Notes: a model not told the origin generated them from the letters alone. Shown: positions 31,986 to 50,300, numbered from the stretch's first letter. The stretch: 64,000 nucleotides of DNA from the human T2T-CHM13v2.0 reference genome, Homo sapiens (GCF_009914755.1 NC_060930.1); one strand, 5' to 3'. Numbers and translations are program-made.

Positions 31986-33119
31986 TTAACCATTTAAAGC
32001 TAGTAGTTAATACATAAATACTCTGTATCATACATGGAATTCACCTGTGGTTTAAAGTTCTGACCTGCAGATCTGGCTGAAAAACACAATAAAAGCAGCA
32101 AATGATTGTTCCATCCATAATGACTAAAAGTCTGTATATAGAAAGATACTTTTCTTCATAATTTGGTGTTTCTCACCTTTGCTGCTCAATAGAATTACCT
32201 GGGAAACTTTGAAGAAACACTAAAACCTGGGCTCCACTCCAGAGAAATTAAATCAGAATTTGGAGATGGGGAGGGTGAAGTGGAGGGATATAATCATATG
32301 CTTAATAAGTTTCCCCAATCAATTTTAATGTACAGCCACATCTAAGAACCATAAGTCCTGCTGAGGCCTGCTGCAGCCACTGACTTCCTTATCTTTCACT
32401 ATTCCTTGGTTTATTTCCTCATTTTGATAGAGAACATCCTCCAAGTAACCCTCTCAGAAAGGTGTGTGCATCAGATATAAATTTTTCTGAGTCCTTAAAT
32501 GTCTAACTAAAATGTCTTTATTTGGTTCTTACTCTTGACTAGTAGTTTGCCTGTGCACAGAAGTTTATGTGGAAAATAATTATTCTTCAGAATTTTAAGG
32601 CATTGCTCAAGAATCCTGTGTTGTTCTTAGAGATTCTTCAAGAACCCTGCGGAGCTGTTGAGAAGCCTAATGCTATTGTAATTTTCATTAATTTGATTGT
32701 GACCTATTATTTTTTCTGGAAGGTTTTATAATCTTTATCTCTGGTGTTTTCAAATTATTCCTGGGGAGAGGGCGGGAATAAGGAGGGAGAGGGAATATGT
32801 GTTTACATATTGTGTTGGGAATATACTGGGCTGTTTTAGTCAGGAAGCTCATGTTAAACATTTAAAAAATTATTTCCTTATTAATTTCCTTTCCTTCATT
32901 TTCTCTGTGTTCACTTTCTGGAATGCCTACTAGTTGATCATTTGACCTCCTGAGTTGAGCTTTCAGATATTTTTTTTCTCTCTCAAATTTTCTTTTTGTC
33001 CATTTTTTTCTGAAAGATTTATTTGATTATTTTCAAACTTCATCATTAATTTTTATTTCAGCCAACATTCTTAATCTGTTTTTAATGCTATTTCAGTAAA
33101 CATAACCATTTTTTTCTGG

Positions 33120-33995
33120 AAATATTGGAGTTGATTTTGACATTCATCTGGGAAAATAAATAAGCAAGAAAAGCCAGAGAAATTCTAAGAGGAAACACAT
33201 TGAGAGAGGACAAGTCCTACCAGATATTAAAACACACAAAGCCTTAGTAATAAAAACAGTATGGTATTATGCATGAAAGACAGGCAGATCCATGGAGTAG
33301 AATAGAAGGCCCACAGAGAGATTCAACCTTACAGAGAAATTTAATATATGACAAAGGTGTCATCTCCAGTTCATGGAATAAAGACCAACTTTTTAGCAAA
33401 AGGTATTGGGGTAATTGGTCAGCCATTTGAAATAAGATAGAGCTAGATCCACACTTCACACCATATGGCCAGGTAGACTCAAAATGGATCAAAGATTTAA
33501 ATGTAAGTAATTAAACTGCAAAATATATGAATATCTAATAAAAGAGAATAGGGTAAACTCTTTAAGGGACAGAGAAGGCATTTTTAATTATGATTTGGAA
33601 TTCAGAAGTCATCAAAGAAAAGATTGATAACCACATAAAATAACAAAGACTTTTACGTGGCAAAAACATCAAAAGTGCAATCAAAAGACAGAGTAGGAAA
33701 ATATTTGTAAATTGTATCACAAAGGGCTAATCTCCCTTTATAGTGTTCCTAGAAATCAAGACAAAAATAAAAAGTAGAAGCAATGGAGAGTTCATGGAAG
33801 AAAGAACTATAAATGACCCTTAAACATATAAAAATATGAACAATTTCACTTATAATAAGAAAAATATAGATATAAACTATACCAAGCTGCCATTTTTTCC
33901 CTAATATGGTGGGGGGGAAAAGAATCCTAAATATTTGACATCATATTTTGTTGGGAAGGCTGAAGAGAAATAGGCACTCCTGTATTTTCTTTTTT

Positions 33996-34043
<48 letters not shown>

Positions 34044-34720
34044 TCCTTCTTTCTTTCTTTCCCTTTCTCTCTTTCTCTCTTTCTTTCTCTCTTTTTTTTC
34101 TTTTCTTGAGACTGAATCTTGCTCTGTCATCCAGGCTGGAGTTCAGTGGCGCGATCTTGGCGGCTCACTGCAACCTCTGCCTCCCCGGTTCAAGCGATTC
34201 TCTTGGCTCAGCCTCCTGAGTAGCTGGGATTACAGGTGCCCGCCACCATGACAGCTACTTTTTGTATTTTTAGTAGAGATGGCATTTCACCATGTTGGCC
34301 AGGCTGGTCTTGTATTTTCTTATTGCAAAATCATACAACTCCTTATGGAGGGGGATCTGGCAACAGCTACCAAAAATACAGACATATTTTCTGCTCTGAG
34401 AATATATCCTACACAATCTCATACATAAGTATGAAAGAACATATGTACGAGTCTATTCACTGTGGCATAATATGTAAAATTTAAAGATTATAAACCACCC
34501 AGGCATTGAACAGTCAAATACTGGCTGAACAAACTAGGGTACACCAATTTGATGGAGCTGTAAAAAGAAATATGGTAGATCTCATGCTGATGCAGAGAGA
34601 TCACAGACTGTATTGTTAAGTGATGAAAGCAAAATTCAGAACAGTGTACAGAATATTATTTGATTGAATGTATATAGTATGCTACCTTTAGTGTAAAAAG
34701 GAGGGAATAAGAATATATAT
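33120..34720 (+). mobile_element. Ancient L1M ORF2/3' fragment containing an antisense truncated Alu with a (CTTT)n tail (33985-34312)
   Basis: cctaccagatattaaaac...aatggatcaaagatttaaatgtaag. Confidence 0.6.
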
Positions 34721-34727
34721 TGTATTT

Positions 34728-35044
<317 letters not shown>

Positions 35045-35982
35045 TTAAAGAAATACTAGAAATGAGAAATTCATAAAAATACTCTCTTTTGGAGGAATGA
35101 TTAATCAATATTTGATTTCTCTAAGGATGTTACACAGATTTGAGTAAGTTGTGGGTTTTTTTGTTTTTCTGTGTCCTGAATTATTTACTTTGGTCTTCGT
35201 ATCAGTTAAGAATGCTTTCAGCTACAAGTTACAAAAAACTTAAACAAAAAGGAGTTTATTTTTCTCTTATCACAAGAAATACAGTAATAGGTAGATGTTG
35301 GCATTGGTTAATGCCAACCAGATATTGGCTGGTAGCACTAGAGTTCTTTTGGCTTTTTCCTCATGACCATGAGATTGTTGCCATAGCTCCAAGCATCACA
35401 TCTGCATTCATAGCAAGAAAAAATAATGGAAAAGGGAATGCCAGCCATTTCTGGCATGGCCCAATGATGATTCATCATCTAGAACTGTGCACATTACTAC
35501 CCTGAATACATTTAGGGCTTTGTTAAAAGAAAGAAACGAGACCAGCAGGATAGGCTATAGTCTATCTCTGTCATATTGGGAGATTTCCCTCCTAAATCAC
35601 TGGTTGTCCATTTTTATCCAAGAGTGAGGCATCAAAAATTGTTAGTGGGAAGCAATCTTCCATTGGGTGAGGCTTATTGCAGGGCAGGCCTCTTGCTAGG
35701 ATGATCAACCAGAGGGTCTGCCCTCTTTTTTTGCAGAATCCCAAATATCAATGTGATGAGGTGGTTTCTGTGTCCCCAGTCAGTTTCTCCAGAGAGAAAT
35801 TCTTCCCTGCAGGTCTGCCTTGGGGCAGAGGTGGCTGGGGAGCATGCAAGATGGAGGGGCTCGGGGGTGAGACTATTCCAAATCTCCAGCTTTCAGAATC
35901 ATTAGACTGGGCAGACGATCAATCCCGCTGATGAGAAACCCAAGCCCCAGAACTGTCCCCCAAGTTCCTGGTATTTTTAAGG

Positions 35983-36358
35983 CAGTGGTTTTCAACTGGG
36001 AATGATTTTGTTCCCCAGGTAAGGTTGCCAGATTGAGCACATAAAAATTCATGGTGCTCAGTTAAATTTAAATTTCAGAAAACAACAGAAAATTTGTTTG
36101 CATAAGTACCTTCCAAATATCACATTATTTATCTGAAATACAAATTTAATTGGGCACCTTGTATTTTATCTGCCTCCTGGAAGACATTTGGCAATGTCTG
36201 GGGATGTTTTTGGTTGTTACAGCTTGGGGTGGGGGTCTCTACCTGGTGGATAGAGACCAGGGATGCTGGTAAATATCTCACAACACACAGAACAGCCTCT
36301 TAAAACAAATAATTATCTGGCCCTACATGCCAATTGTTCCAAGGTTGAGAAACCTCAC
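35983..36358. mobile_element. MER20 with a nested MER3 (~36018-36175)
   Basis: cagtggttttcaactggg...gacatttggcaatgtctgg...gttgagaaacc, interrupted by ggttgccagat...gttaaatttaaatttcaga...tattttatctg. Confidence 0.75.
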
Positions 36359-37896
36359 TCTAAGGCAAAGCTCTTGTGCCTGGGTTGGGGCACATTCATC
36401 TGTTTTATAAATCTCAGCATGATCTTTTTTCCATGGTCACAGCAAAGACTGAAATAGTCTTTCTTGTTAGTTTTCTTCTCTATCTAATAGGCACTGCAAG
36501 GAAGTGCTGGCCAAGAGGAGACAGCATTTATCTCAAGTTCAGGGGCATGAAGGCCAGCCTGCCTATGCTCCTTGAGCCTTTTCGTGGTAAATCCCAGGCT
36601 CAGAGCCTGCCTCACCACGCAGCTGGGAAGAGCTGGGCTGGGGATGGGGTTGGCGCCAGGCTTGCCCAGCTCCTCCAGGCGGGAGTTCTACCTTCCCAGC
36701 CCATGGGAGGGAGGGAAGCCACATGCAGCTGCCTTTCCATGAAGAGCCGCTTTCTTTGCAGGCGCCAGGGTGGAGGGGAGCAGGCAGCGCTAGGTGGGGA
36801 CAGTATGACGTGGCTGTGAATCAAACAACTTTTAAAAAGACTGGAGAGGAAGGAAGCAATGGGTGGAGAAAGTTCTGAATGTTTTCTGGTTATGGGATGT
36901 GTATAAATTCATGGGAGGTTATTTGAGGATATTTATCCCAAGCCTTATTCGCGGTTGTCCTTGAAATGAATACCAGAACATTAGAATTCAGGGATAGTCG
37001 TGACTTTTCTACAATGACTTGCCCCCATTTTCTTCCCTCCCCACAGATCCCTGTATTCCACATCACACCTGTGAGGATATGTGCAAACAGAGCGAGCATG
37101 CACCCTTATCCCCAAAATGTGTAGACGATGGTCCTGGGAAAAGAATGACTAGCAGAGTTTTTCCCTATAGTTTATTTTTCAGTAAAGAATATGACAACTT
37201 AAAAACAAAAACAAAAATACCACTTACCTCTAACTCAAGGATAAAGAAGGGAGTTTTTTTGAGAATGTAAAAATAAAAATCCATTTGGGCGTTCATTAAG
37301 TAAAGCAAGATGAATCAGGCTTTTGGTTATATAAAAGCTCGGCTTTTTATGGAAAATCTGTCTTTGCAGTTCTCTGCTTGCGGGAGAAAAGAATGCAAGA
37401 AGCACAAGAAGACAGGCCATGGAGGCAGCTTTATAAACACTAGAAAAGCCCTTTTTAGGCTCAGCTGTGTCCTGGCATGGCCTAGATAGCAGAGTGGGGG
37501 GAGAGGAGCTGGGGGCTTGAGGGTGGCAACCCCTCCCTTTTCCATGACCAGTGAAGTCACTGAATTTACTGCCAAATAATGTTTGTAATGTCTACCTGAA
37601 CTTTGGTGGCAATCTATTTCTGCCACTCATCTTTGGAAACTATTGTTATAAACTTAACTAAATTTTTTAAAAAAGAAAGAAAAGAACCCAGCTTTTTTCA
37701 TCCATTATAAAAGTAGTGGAGATATAGAAGGGTTGAAACATATTTGAACCTATAGTTAATCACTTACAGACACCACCCCTGACTTTGACCTGTTTCTTTC
37801 TAGGGTTTCCTGTAGGCTTAGCTTTTGAATTTAAATACTTGTGATGACTCCTTAAATGCAAGGTTATATCTCACTCTAAAAAAAAAAAAACAAGGT

Positions 37897-38545
<649 letters not shown>

Positions 38546-39883
38546 TAATTTTACCTAATGATCAAAACAAACTGATGGAAAGACAGTTTTGTTACTTCAC
38601 ATTTTACAGATGAGAAATGGAATCTCTTACTAGCCACAGAGCTAGAAAATGGCACAACCAGGCATATCATGCATTTTTCACTTAATATTGAACATGACCT
38701 TTACCATGTTATAATAACTCTACTTAAACATAATTGTAGCTGTTGTCCAATGTTTTGAGTTGCTTTATCACAATTTATGAGATCATTCACCTATTAATGG
38801 ACATTTGGGTTACTTTCCATTTTTTCTGGTTATAGATAATGTTGAACTTGTGATTGTGGATAATGCAATGAACATCTTTGAGCAAAACTATATTTAGATT
38901 TAGATTTTCTTTAGGATAGATGGATTTCTAAAAATGAAAATGGAATTGCTATAAATGTTTCAAGTAGCTTTACATATAGAGAGTCATACTAATGTCCAAC
39001 TAGACCCCTTTCTATCTTCATCAGCAATAAAAACTATTACTTAAAAATATAGTTGATTTTTAAAATCAAGAATTAGTGAGTTGTTTGGACTTAATTGTAT
39101 TTTATAAGTAATCAGGTCCAGTGATTTTTTTTTTCATTCGTTGGCCAGACATAAGTCTCCTTTTATGGATTGTTTTTGTTTTAATCCAGTTATCTATTGG
39201 GGAGTTAATGTTTTTCTAATCAATTTGAATGAATAATTAGATAACAAATATTTGTCATTTGTTATAGACTTGGTATTGTCCTCAGGTTGCTATTTCCATT
39301 TAACATTTTTTTTTTTACATATTTGAAAATATTTACTGAAACCTCTTGCTGTTTTTATTGTGAAATTTCTCATCTAGAGTTCAGATATTCATTTCTCTTT
39401 TCTCTGAGTAACATGTTTTTAACACTTCTGAGAGATTACTCAGTAGTATTTGTAAAAATTATGGTTCAAAATAACACAGAGAGATAAACAACACATCCCC
39501 AGCTTTACTTGGACAATTGATTGCTGTGAGCTGTGGGTCTCAACCCACCCAGAACTGATTAGCAAAGCCAGCCCCAGGCCCCCTCCTGGCTGCTCCATTC
39601 CCTTGGCAAGCCATTCAGCATTTAATAGCTCTCATTATGTGATGTAGAAAATTCTTCATTACAGCTAATTTGAAACTCTTATTCTGCTATGCAAATCCAT
39701 TTGCTTTTGCTCCATCCTCAGCAGAGACAGAGTGGCTAGCCATTGTTTTCCAGGTGATGATTCTTCATGTATAACACCTGCCCAGGACATGGTGGACTCT
39801 TAATAAATATTTCTTTATTAAAGTTGATACTTAAAATATCTAATTAAAACTACTCTTGGGCTACCTTTCTCCAAGTTAAGTGA

Positions 39884-40181
<298 letters not shown>

Positions 40182-41507
40182 CTACCATTTCTTTTTTTTA
40201 ACCCTTTGGATCATCCTTGTATTTCTCTGATTTCCTTCCAGGTGCTGCCAGGTGCTCAAGGTCCTCTTGAAGTATAGTCTCCAAGCTGAGACAGACAAGA
40301 GTCGGTCCTATTACCCCTGCCCCAGAACCCTCCCAGAGGTGGGCTGGTAGCACCCTTGGCAACAGTTTGGCCCACCCAAAAGCAGTGGGAGAAGTGGTGT
40401 GGATGACTGTTAGGCATTGCTTTCCTCTGGCAGAGATGCAGGCTGAGATGCAGACAGCAGGCCGCAGGAAACAGGGCTGGGACAGAGCTGGGCTGTCAGG
40501 CACAGGAGTGCCAGGCACGGGGAGGAATTAATTTGGCTCACAACCTGACACTGGATTGAAAATTAGCCAATTTCAACAATAACATATTGTTGTTATTAAT
40601 GAAACTATCATTATCACAAGACAATATATTAAAGCCAACAGACAGTCCTATATGTAAACTCTCGACATGATTAAGGTATTTCCCTTTTTCTCTGAGAACA
40701 GCATACATTCCCCAGTCCTTAAAACACTCCCAAGAAAAATCAGACTAATAAAAATAACAGTGCTATAAGCCTGGCTTCTAGGTCACCTTATATCTGAGTA
40801 ATCTGATGACAGAGGTCATCGTTATTACTTTGGAATAAAAGAGCTACAGTTTGGAAAAGGGAAGAGTCTTGACTGATGCCTATTGTTTTGCTTCAAAACT
40901 GAATGTGTGTGGTTTGAATTTCAAATCATCATAAGTGTCTCCTTCCGTGTCTGACAACCTTAGTTGTTACTCAAACTGAATTGAGAATGAGTGAAATGAG
41001 GGCTCAGAGGCTGTGCCAAAAACCTCACTCACAGGTGAAAATCGTTACCAACACAACAAGCCAAACAGAGACCAGAGCTTTGCCCTGGGGTCAGGGCCAC
41101 TCACTGACAGAATAGGAAGATGCCAGTTTGTTTTTTTTTAAAGGTTTAAAAGTGGAATAGGGCAAAAGATAGGTAGTATTTCCACCAGAAAGATGGCCAC
41201 CAGAAAATAGTAGGAAGGATATAATCAGAATTAATCAAACTTCTAAACTTTATTTTCACTTATGTAGGGTCTTATAACCCTAAAACATCAATTAGTTATA
41301 CATGTCTAAATTTACTAATAATTCTTGCCAAAATAGACTGATATCTTTAGATAGTTATGGGATTTGAAGCAAGGCCAAAAATAATGAGTTATAATATTAA
41401 AATTACTACTGTTAGTATAACTTTATTATAACTACAAGCTTACTATGTGCTGAACAACACAGCAAATGCTTTATATGTTATTTTATTTAATTCTGTGAAA
41501 CAGATAT

Positions 41508-41974
41508 TGTAATCACATCAGACCACTCCAGTTCAATTTTTATGTAACAATGTTGTAAATTGCTTTTCAATAGCCATAGACTCCCAGGTTGAAGGTGACA
41601 TAATCTGAGCATGCCTCAATGAACCAGGTGTGCAACCACCAGGGGAATCTAAGAGATGGGATGGAGGAGCGGGGTCTCAATTAAGAAGCAGACAATGCAT
41701 GGCAGGATCCAGGATCCAATCAGATCAAGCTCTGGTGTCACCCCATGGCAGGATCCAATCAGATTATGTCACCTCATTGCAAGATCCGATCAGATTACAT
41801 CTTATTATTTCATGCTTATAAAACCTGACCCAGCCCCAGCTTGAGGACAGATTTGAATGTTTCTCCCTGTCTGCTTGCCAGTCAACTCACAATTAAACAT
41901 TTCTTTTCTCAAAAGTCAATGCCATGGTATTGGCCTCTACATGCATTGGAAAAGCAGCCCATTGATCACTAACA
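41508..41974 (+). mobile_element. LTR45B-like solo LTR inserted in a MIR
   Basis: TGTAA...TAACA termini, TSD atat/gtat, repeated GATCCAATCAGAT units then CTTATAAAA. MIR resumes with cccattttacagat. Confidence 0.65.
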
Positions 41975-42835
41975 GTATTATTATTATTCCCATTTTACAG
42001 ATAAAGAAACTAAGGCTCAGGGAAACTATTAATAAATAACCTAACCAAGACCACATAGCCAATAAGCACTGGGAGCAAGATTTAAACTCAAACTTGTCTA
42101 ATCCCAAAGCTTAGGCTATTAATCTTTACTTAAGTTTGTGTGAAGCCTAGTGAACCGCCAGCTATGTGGCCTTAACCATATTACTTAAAAATTCTGAGCC
42201 TTCGTTTATCTGATGTATAAAATAGACTTTTGCAGTGACATCTGTTGTTTTTGGTTGCCCAGAATTTATTTCTTCCTTGACTTCTAATAGCACGTTAATT
42301 TTCTCTGGGATGATCACCCTCTTCAATTCTTATTTAGTACCCGCAGCACAGATGAAACTGACTGACTTCGCCATGCTGCATGGAAGAGCATGTGACCCAA
42401 ATCTGGCCAATCAGGATAGTCCAGCCTCCTGGCTTAGTGGTAAGTTTTAGGTGGTCACATGACCTAAGCAAAGTTAATGAGATTCAGCCCCTATTAGGAT
42501 CCCCAGTGGGAAAGAGGCATTCTCTTCCTGAAAAGGGAATGTAAACCTAGAACTGCTGGTAACCATTTTTACCATCACCTAGGGAGAGTCTGCCTGGGAA
42601 TAAAAAGAGTAAAAGAGCTTAAGTTTCTGCATTTCAGCATTTCTAAAGTTTCTTATACTTCTGGGCTTTTCAACTGTACGTGATACATTCTCTCTTTTCC
42701 GTAAGCCAGTGTGGAGTAGGTTTCTGCCTCTTGCAACACGAGCTCTGATTAAAGCAATATGTAAAATGCTTAGCACAGTGGTTGACACCTATTAAGTCTT
42801 CCATAAATGTTTGTTATTATTAAGATATGCTCTCA

Positions 42836-43132
<297 letters not shown>

Positions 43133-44203
43133 GTTCTCAAAAGTGTATACAAAATTTTAAAAAATCGGAAGTGTTTGTTTTTGTTTTGCTTATTTGGCCT
43201 GAAGAAAAACACAATTTCCAACCACCTCCCAGTTTAATATTTTGTCAAAGGGAAAACGCTTATATGGCCTAATTAAATGAAGCTATGTCAGCTTCATTGC
43301 ATGCTAAACGTAGCCCCTAAAAGAAGGAATCTTCAGCTTGTATTGCTAATGTTGCATGGCTTCTGTTTTGTAATCATTTCTGTTTACATACGTCATTAAA
43401 TGTGGAACATCCTGCCCATCAGATTTGTGTGAAGGGTTCATTTGAAGAAAATATTCTGCATCTTAAAAAAAAAAGCTTGAAAATGATATACCCAATCTCC
43501 CCCAATTTAACCAAACAGGAAATGTGCCAGTGAGCTTGGTTCGCTGTGTTCCGCCTGAACTTCCAGCTAAGTGTTCTTTCCAACATTCGCCTCTGCTGAC
43601 CTTTGGTGACCTGAACACTGACATGTGGCAGGCCCAAAAGTCACTCGTTTTCTTTTTGAGCTAGCAGCAGGATTACTCAATGGCCGATTTGGAAATGACA
43701 TTTCAATAGTTTAGCCGGTGGGTTTTGTTACTCCACACTCAACAGGCTCCATTCCTACCTGGTCCGGGTCAAATACCTAAATACTTGCCTTCTCTACAAT
43801 ATTGCATTATGCTGCCTCAGAAATAAATAGCTGACAGTGAAGAGCTCAGAAAATTAGTTGATGCTGAGATGATAGAATGCAAGAGTGAACAAAAAAGTCC
43901 ATTTAGGTAGAAGCTTTTTCTACTAGGCTGAAGAATGATTGACTCTCTTGGATTCTCTCTTTAGATTACTATTGCTTAATTGTAGGGTTTTCTAGAATGC
44001 AAGGAGAACTGAATTTGAATTCCCTTCTAGAGCTTTCCTTCAGCCTTTTTGAGGAAGGTAAAATTAAAAATTGAAAGACAAGCAGTCTTCTGGTGCTAAA
44101 GCCCAGAGGTAGCAACTATTGATTTTGCATGGCAATGCCCTAGGATTCACTTCAGTGCTTTTAACCTTTCCTTGACTGAGAGTCCTAAAAAAGGTGGACT
44201 ATT

Positions 44204-44578
<375 letters not shown>

Positions 44579-46189
44579 CTAGCAACTGTGAATAACTGAT
44601 AGCTTGGCTAACAGCCAAGAAATGACTGCTTTATTTAGGTAAATATTTTCTTTATATCAAGTTTAGTGACTTTGGGTCTAAACCACCTCTTCCATTAACC
44701 CCTAAGAAGGTCATGTTGGAACATGAGTGTGAATATGTAAAAACCCAGGGAGAGATGTCTCTAGTGACAGTTTTAGTGTCTGTGGTTAAGGCGCTGAGCT
44801 GGATTGATTTAGAAGTCTTACAGCAGCAAGGTTTAAGACCCTTCTCAAGCCAGCACTTCCCTAAGCCAAGCTTCCAAAAGAATCAGCTCAGCACTTAGTT
44901 AATTCTTCTCTTGCTTTTGACTTTTAAAGTGGCCTGGATTTATTGCAGCCTTCTACCAATGAATGATACAATGTTGAGATCACACAATCTCAGATTTGAC
45001 AGTGCCTCACTCCCTAACCTTAGGCCCATCACATAACCTGTGTGTCCAAGTAGTTGCACTTAAAACAAAAGATGTTAACATTGACCTGAAGATTCAGGGA
45101 AAAATATCTTACTAATGATGTGAAAGCACTTAGGACCTATAGTGTGCTATAAAAATCTCTCCTTCAATAATATATGGATAGCCTAAGTGAAGCATGGTAG
45201 CCAGCTGCCATGGTGGAAATGAGCTGCATAGGTACCATTTTGGCATTCAGTGAAATGTAAGACGATGAAGGATATCCTTCCTCCACCACGGAACTTTTGC
45301 CAAGGGACAAATACATCAAAGTAAAGGACACCTGCAAACTTGCCTTTTACTCACTTCCCTCTGGGTGTACTGTAAGGATGTGATGTGTGATTCAAAGCTG
45401 TCTTTATAAAGTGTCAAAAAGCCTGAGCTCTGCTCGTTGCCTTTGGCCTTTATTGGCCAAGGAGGCAGAAAGAAAAGCTTGTGTTATGAAGCATGCTGGA
45501 GCAGAAAACGCTAACAGGGTTAGAGTGTGTAAGGGTCTGTCTAGAAACTGTAGTGGAGTATGTGAAAGAAGAGACGCACAGGCAAGTGGATACCTGGTCA
45601 CTCATCCTCATGTTTCGGAAAACATGTAAGTCTGCTGCTGTAATATGAAGCATTTCCAGACCCAAAGAGGCCAATATAAGGCAACACTTGTAAGAAGGTT
45701 GTACTTGGTATTGCAGTGGGCATTGTCCTTCTTTTTGGCTGCTCAGTACCTGTACCTCTTTCCCATGTTTGGGGAATTCTCCCACCTTGTGAGTTCTGGT
45801 GGGAAGCAGAGTCAGTCTTCCACTCCAGAAGGTGAAAATGCAAGACGCTTGCTTTCCCAGGTAACAGCTGCAGGACTGATGTTCTGCAGAGGCACCCACC
45901 CTGACTTAGAAAAATGACGAAAAGAAGGGACCAAAAATAACTCACTGACAATGGCAGAGGATTCAGAAATTCAACTTCTCGGGCAGCAGAGAGAGTGTGC
46001 CTGGGGTAACCTCCATATCCACAATGCGCAGCATCCATGGTTCAAGCTCAGATCTGATCCTGGTAGTTGCTACTGAGGTGTTCCTTCTGCAGCAGTTCTG
46101 CAGTGGAATTTTGAGCATTGCTCCTGGCAGGTGGTCCTAGACCTGGCCTCAGTGACTCTGAGATACCTAGCCTCCTTTTGTTGTTGTTG

Positions 46190-47387
<1,198 letters not shown>

Positions 47388-50300
47388 TTAATCTTTTTTA
47401 ATGAATTCATTTTTTAATAGTTCAGTCAGCCAGTTGGTTTCCGTTGTTTGCAATTAAGAATCAAATGGCTATTCCTCTATAACTGGAACATCCGCAGATC
47501 TCACTCGCTAACAGTATAAATAAGCTCATTACCACTTACTTATTTTATTAGTCAAACATCCCATACCTACATCACTACAGTATCCCAGGTATTGTTTTGC
47601 TTTGATTTTTGTTGTGAAGGGGCATCTTCAAACCCCTTCACGCCAGTGCCCATGTCAGCAGGATGACTCATCCCCATCCACTGCTCAACAGTCTCCTTGG
47701 GCCATTGCCTACAGATCATTTGTGCTGTGTGATGGATAATGACTTGTGAATCCTGCTCTTCTTGGTTTATATTCTTAGAGGCCGTAGGAGAGATCCTTAG
47801 ACCCCAGGCATCACAGAATTTAATGAGCCAAATGCTTTACTTTTACATAAGCTCTTTCCTCTCTAAAGCTCAGGTGGTGTCAAGGGGACTGGCTTGGGCA
47901 GGCTTGCGTCATGACCACTATGCTCTGTCTACTTAGACCTGCTGCCCGGCTTCAGACCTTAGACTTATTGTTGAGACCAGCTCAACACGCCTTCCTGTTT
48001 CTTTCCTGAGGATGAATTCACTTCCAGGGTCCCCGTAGTCCACACTCTGTCTTCTAGAGAGCCCCCTTCCGCATTTCCCTGCCAGTTCACCACATACGCC
48101 TTTCTTGGTGGTATCTTGTACCACACATGTCCATCATGGGGAGGATAAGCAAGTTCAAAGGGCTGTGGACCTGGGTGAGGCCAGGACATGTGGAAAGTCC
48201 CAAGAGTTTCCACTGCTTTTTTCTCATCTTATGTCTCATTCTCCTCCTCTGCTTCCAAAAATCATCAGGTAAATGCCCTCTTGAACTTCCACTGGTAGGT
48301 AAACAAGGGCAGTAACTCTCAAACTGTAAAGTGCATAGAGTCACCTTAGGATCTGAAAATGCAGATCCTGATGGAGCATTTTAGAGTAGGGATTTATATT
48401 TAGCATTTCTAAAAACTTCCAGGTGTTGCTGATGCTGCTGTTTTCAGAATCACGCCTGTTTGACATGACGGAAATTTCAGAATCTGGTTAATATTCATTT
48501 TATGCCTTTCCAAGAGGGTTGATATATGGTTTCTTTTTCAAGGAGATTGATGAAACAGTACAAAGATGAGGGGGTTGATAGTTGCTAATAACTACTCAGA
48601 TGTTATTTCAAAGTGAAATGTATAAAGTAATTTCATAACCTAGTCCTGGAAAGTAGCAAATGAACAGCAACTGCCTATTGGGTGGTACTGTATGCTAGGC
48701 ACTATGTTAAATACTCTTCATACCTTATTTCATTTAATCCTTACAACAATGCATTCAGAATGAGCATTATTAGCCCCATCTGAAAGGTGAAAAATCTGAG
48801 GTTCAAGATGCTAAGACAGAATTGGTGAAGACTGGATTCTTAAATCCTGTGCTTTTCAGTCCCACAGAACATTGCCTGCAACACACTTCTACATGCACTC
48901 CAGTGTTTATCACACACTCAGTGGAGTAAGTGATCAAATCTGTTTATGAAATAAATACAGATCGAATATGTAATAAAATGGACAAATGTCCGCTGAAGTA
49001 GAACTTAAACCCAAGCTCTCTTCTGTGTGTTTCCTGAGGGTGTTTTTTGTTCCTACCGCTCTAATAAAGTGTCCTGATTAGAGACAATGCCGGTGCACTA
49101 GTTTTGCCTCAACTTCAATCTTTTGCCTTGACCTCTCACCAGATTATATTAAACTTCTTAAAGACTCTGATGAAAAAAATTTTTTAAATGCTTTATGCGC
49201 CTAAGGAAAATGTTAATATTTACAACAGGTACCCTGTAGAGCTCTGTATTAGAAAGGAAGGGAGAAAAAGCAAAGACTAAATTTCAGTATTTAAAGTTTT
49301 GAGGAGGGGCTAAAGAAAAAAACAAAAAGAGTATGTTTGATAGTAGAGTTTTATTATTTCATCCATGCACTGCTAATATTATCAGTACTCATACAGAGCT
49401 CACATTGAAGGCCTAGCCAGTTTTTGGCACATATAAGATAAATGAATGAGTATATAAATGGATGGATGCTGTGATGGATGTATAGATGGATGGATGGATG
49501 AAATTATACTAGAGGTGGCTGCATCTACCCAGTCAATTTGAAGAATATTGGATTTTTATTCTCGTGTTTCTTAGCTTTTGACCTACTGTCTTATTTTTTG
49601 TTTTGTTCAGTTCTTCATGTAAAGATGACTTTTCGAAATGAACACATCCTTTGGTTAACTTCCACAACTTATTTTTAATTATAAAATATTTAGGAATAAA
49701 TTAAATAGGAAAATGTGGAAAATTCATATGAAGAAAGTTGAAAACATTCCTGGGAGATTTACAAGATGACTTGAATAAATGGAAAGGTAAACATTGTTTT
49801 TAAATAGGAAAGTTCACTATCATAAATCTGTTAATTCTCCTTAAAGCAATTTATACATTTAACTTGCTCCCTTCAAAAATATCAATAGGATTCAGTTTCT
49901 AGAGCTGCATAGCTTTTAAAAAATTCTGCTTCCTTCCCCCTCCCTCCCATCTTCTCCTCTCCTTCGCCTCCCCACATGCTTGTACAAAGCGAAAGTTTTC
50001 TTCATTGGAAAAACTGCACCACTCTTGGGGACAACCTGGGGACAGCAAGCAGAGGAGAGTGAGGGAGAGATGCTGTACTGGGAAAAAAAAAAAAAAAAAG
50101 AGGACTAAGAGAAAGTCTACATTTTAATATTAAGGACCTCCCACCCTATCCCAAACCCTCTTCCACGACTCAGTCAGGAAAACTCTGGCAAACAGGCACA
50201 TACCTTTCACCAACAGGATACTGTATGATGCTTCTTTAAATACCTGAAAGCCTCAAAGACTGACATTTTTTTGTGTCCTCCAATGAACTAGCTCTATCCT

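Noticed and set aside
47933-48344. Minus-strand ORFs in unique-looking sequence
   Set aside because: Short and unrecognised, with no supporting gene structure. A tBLASTn/PhyloCSF check would be needed.
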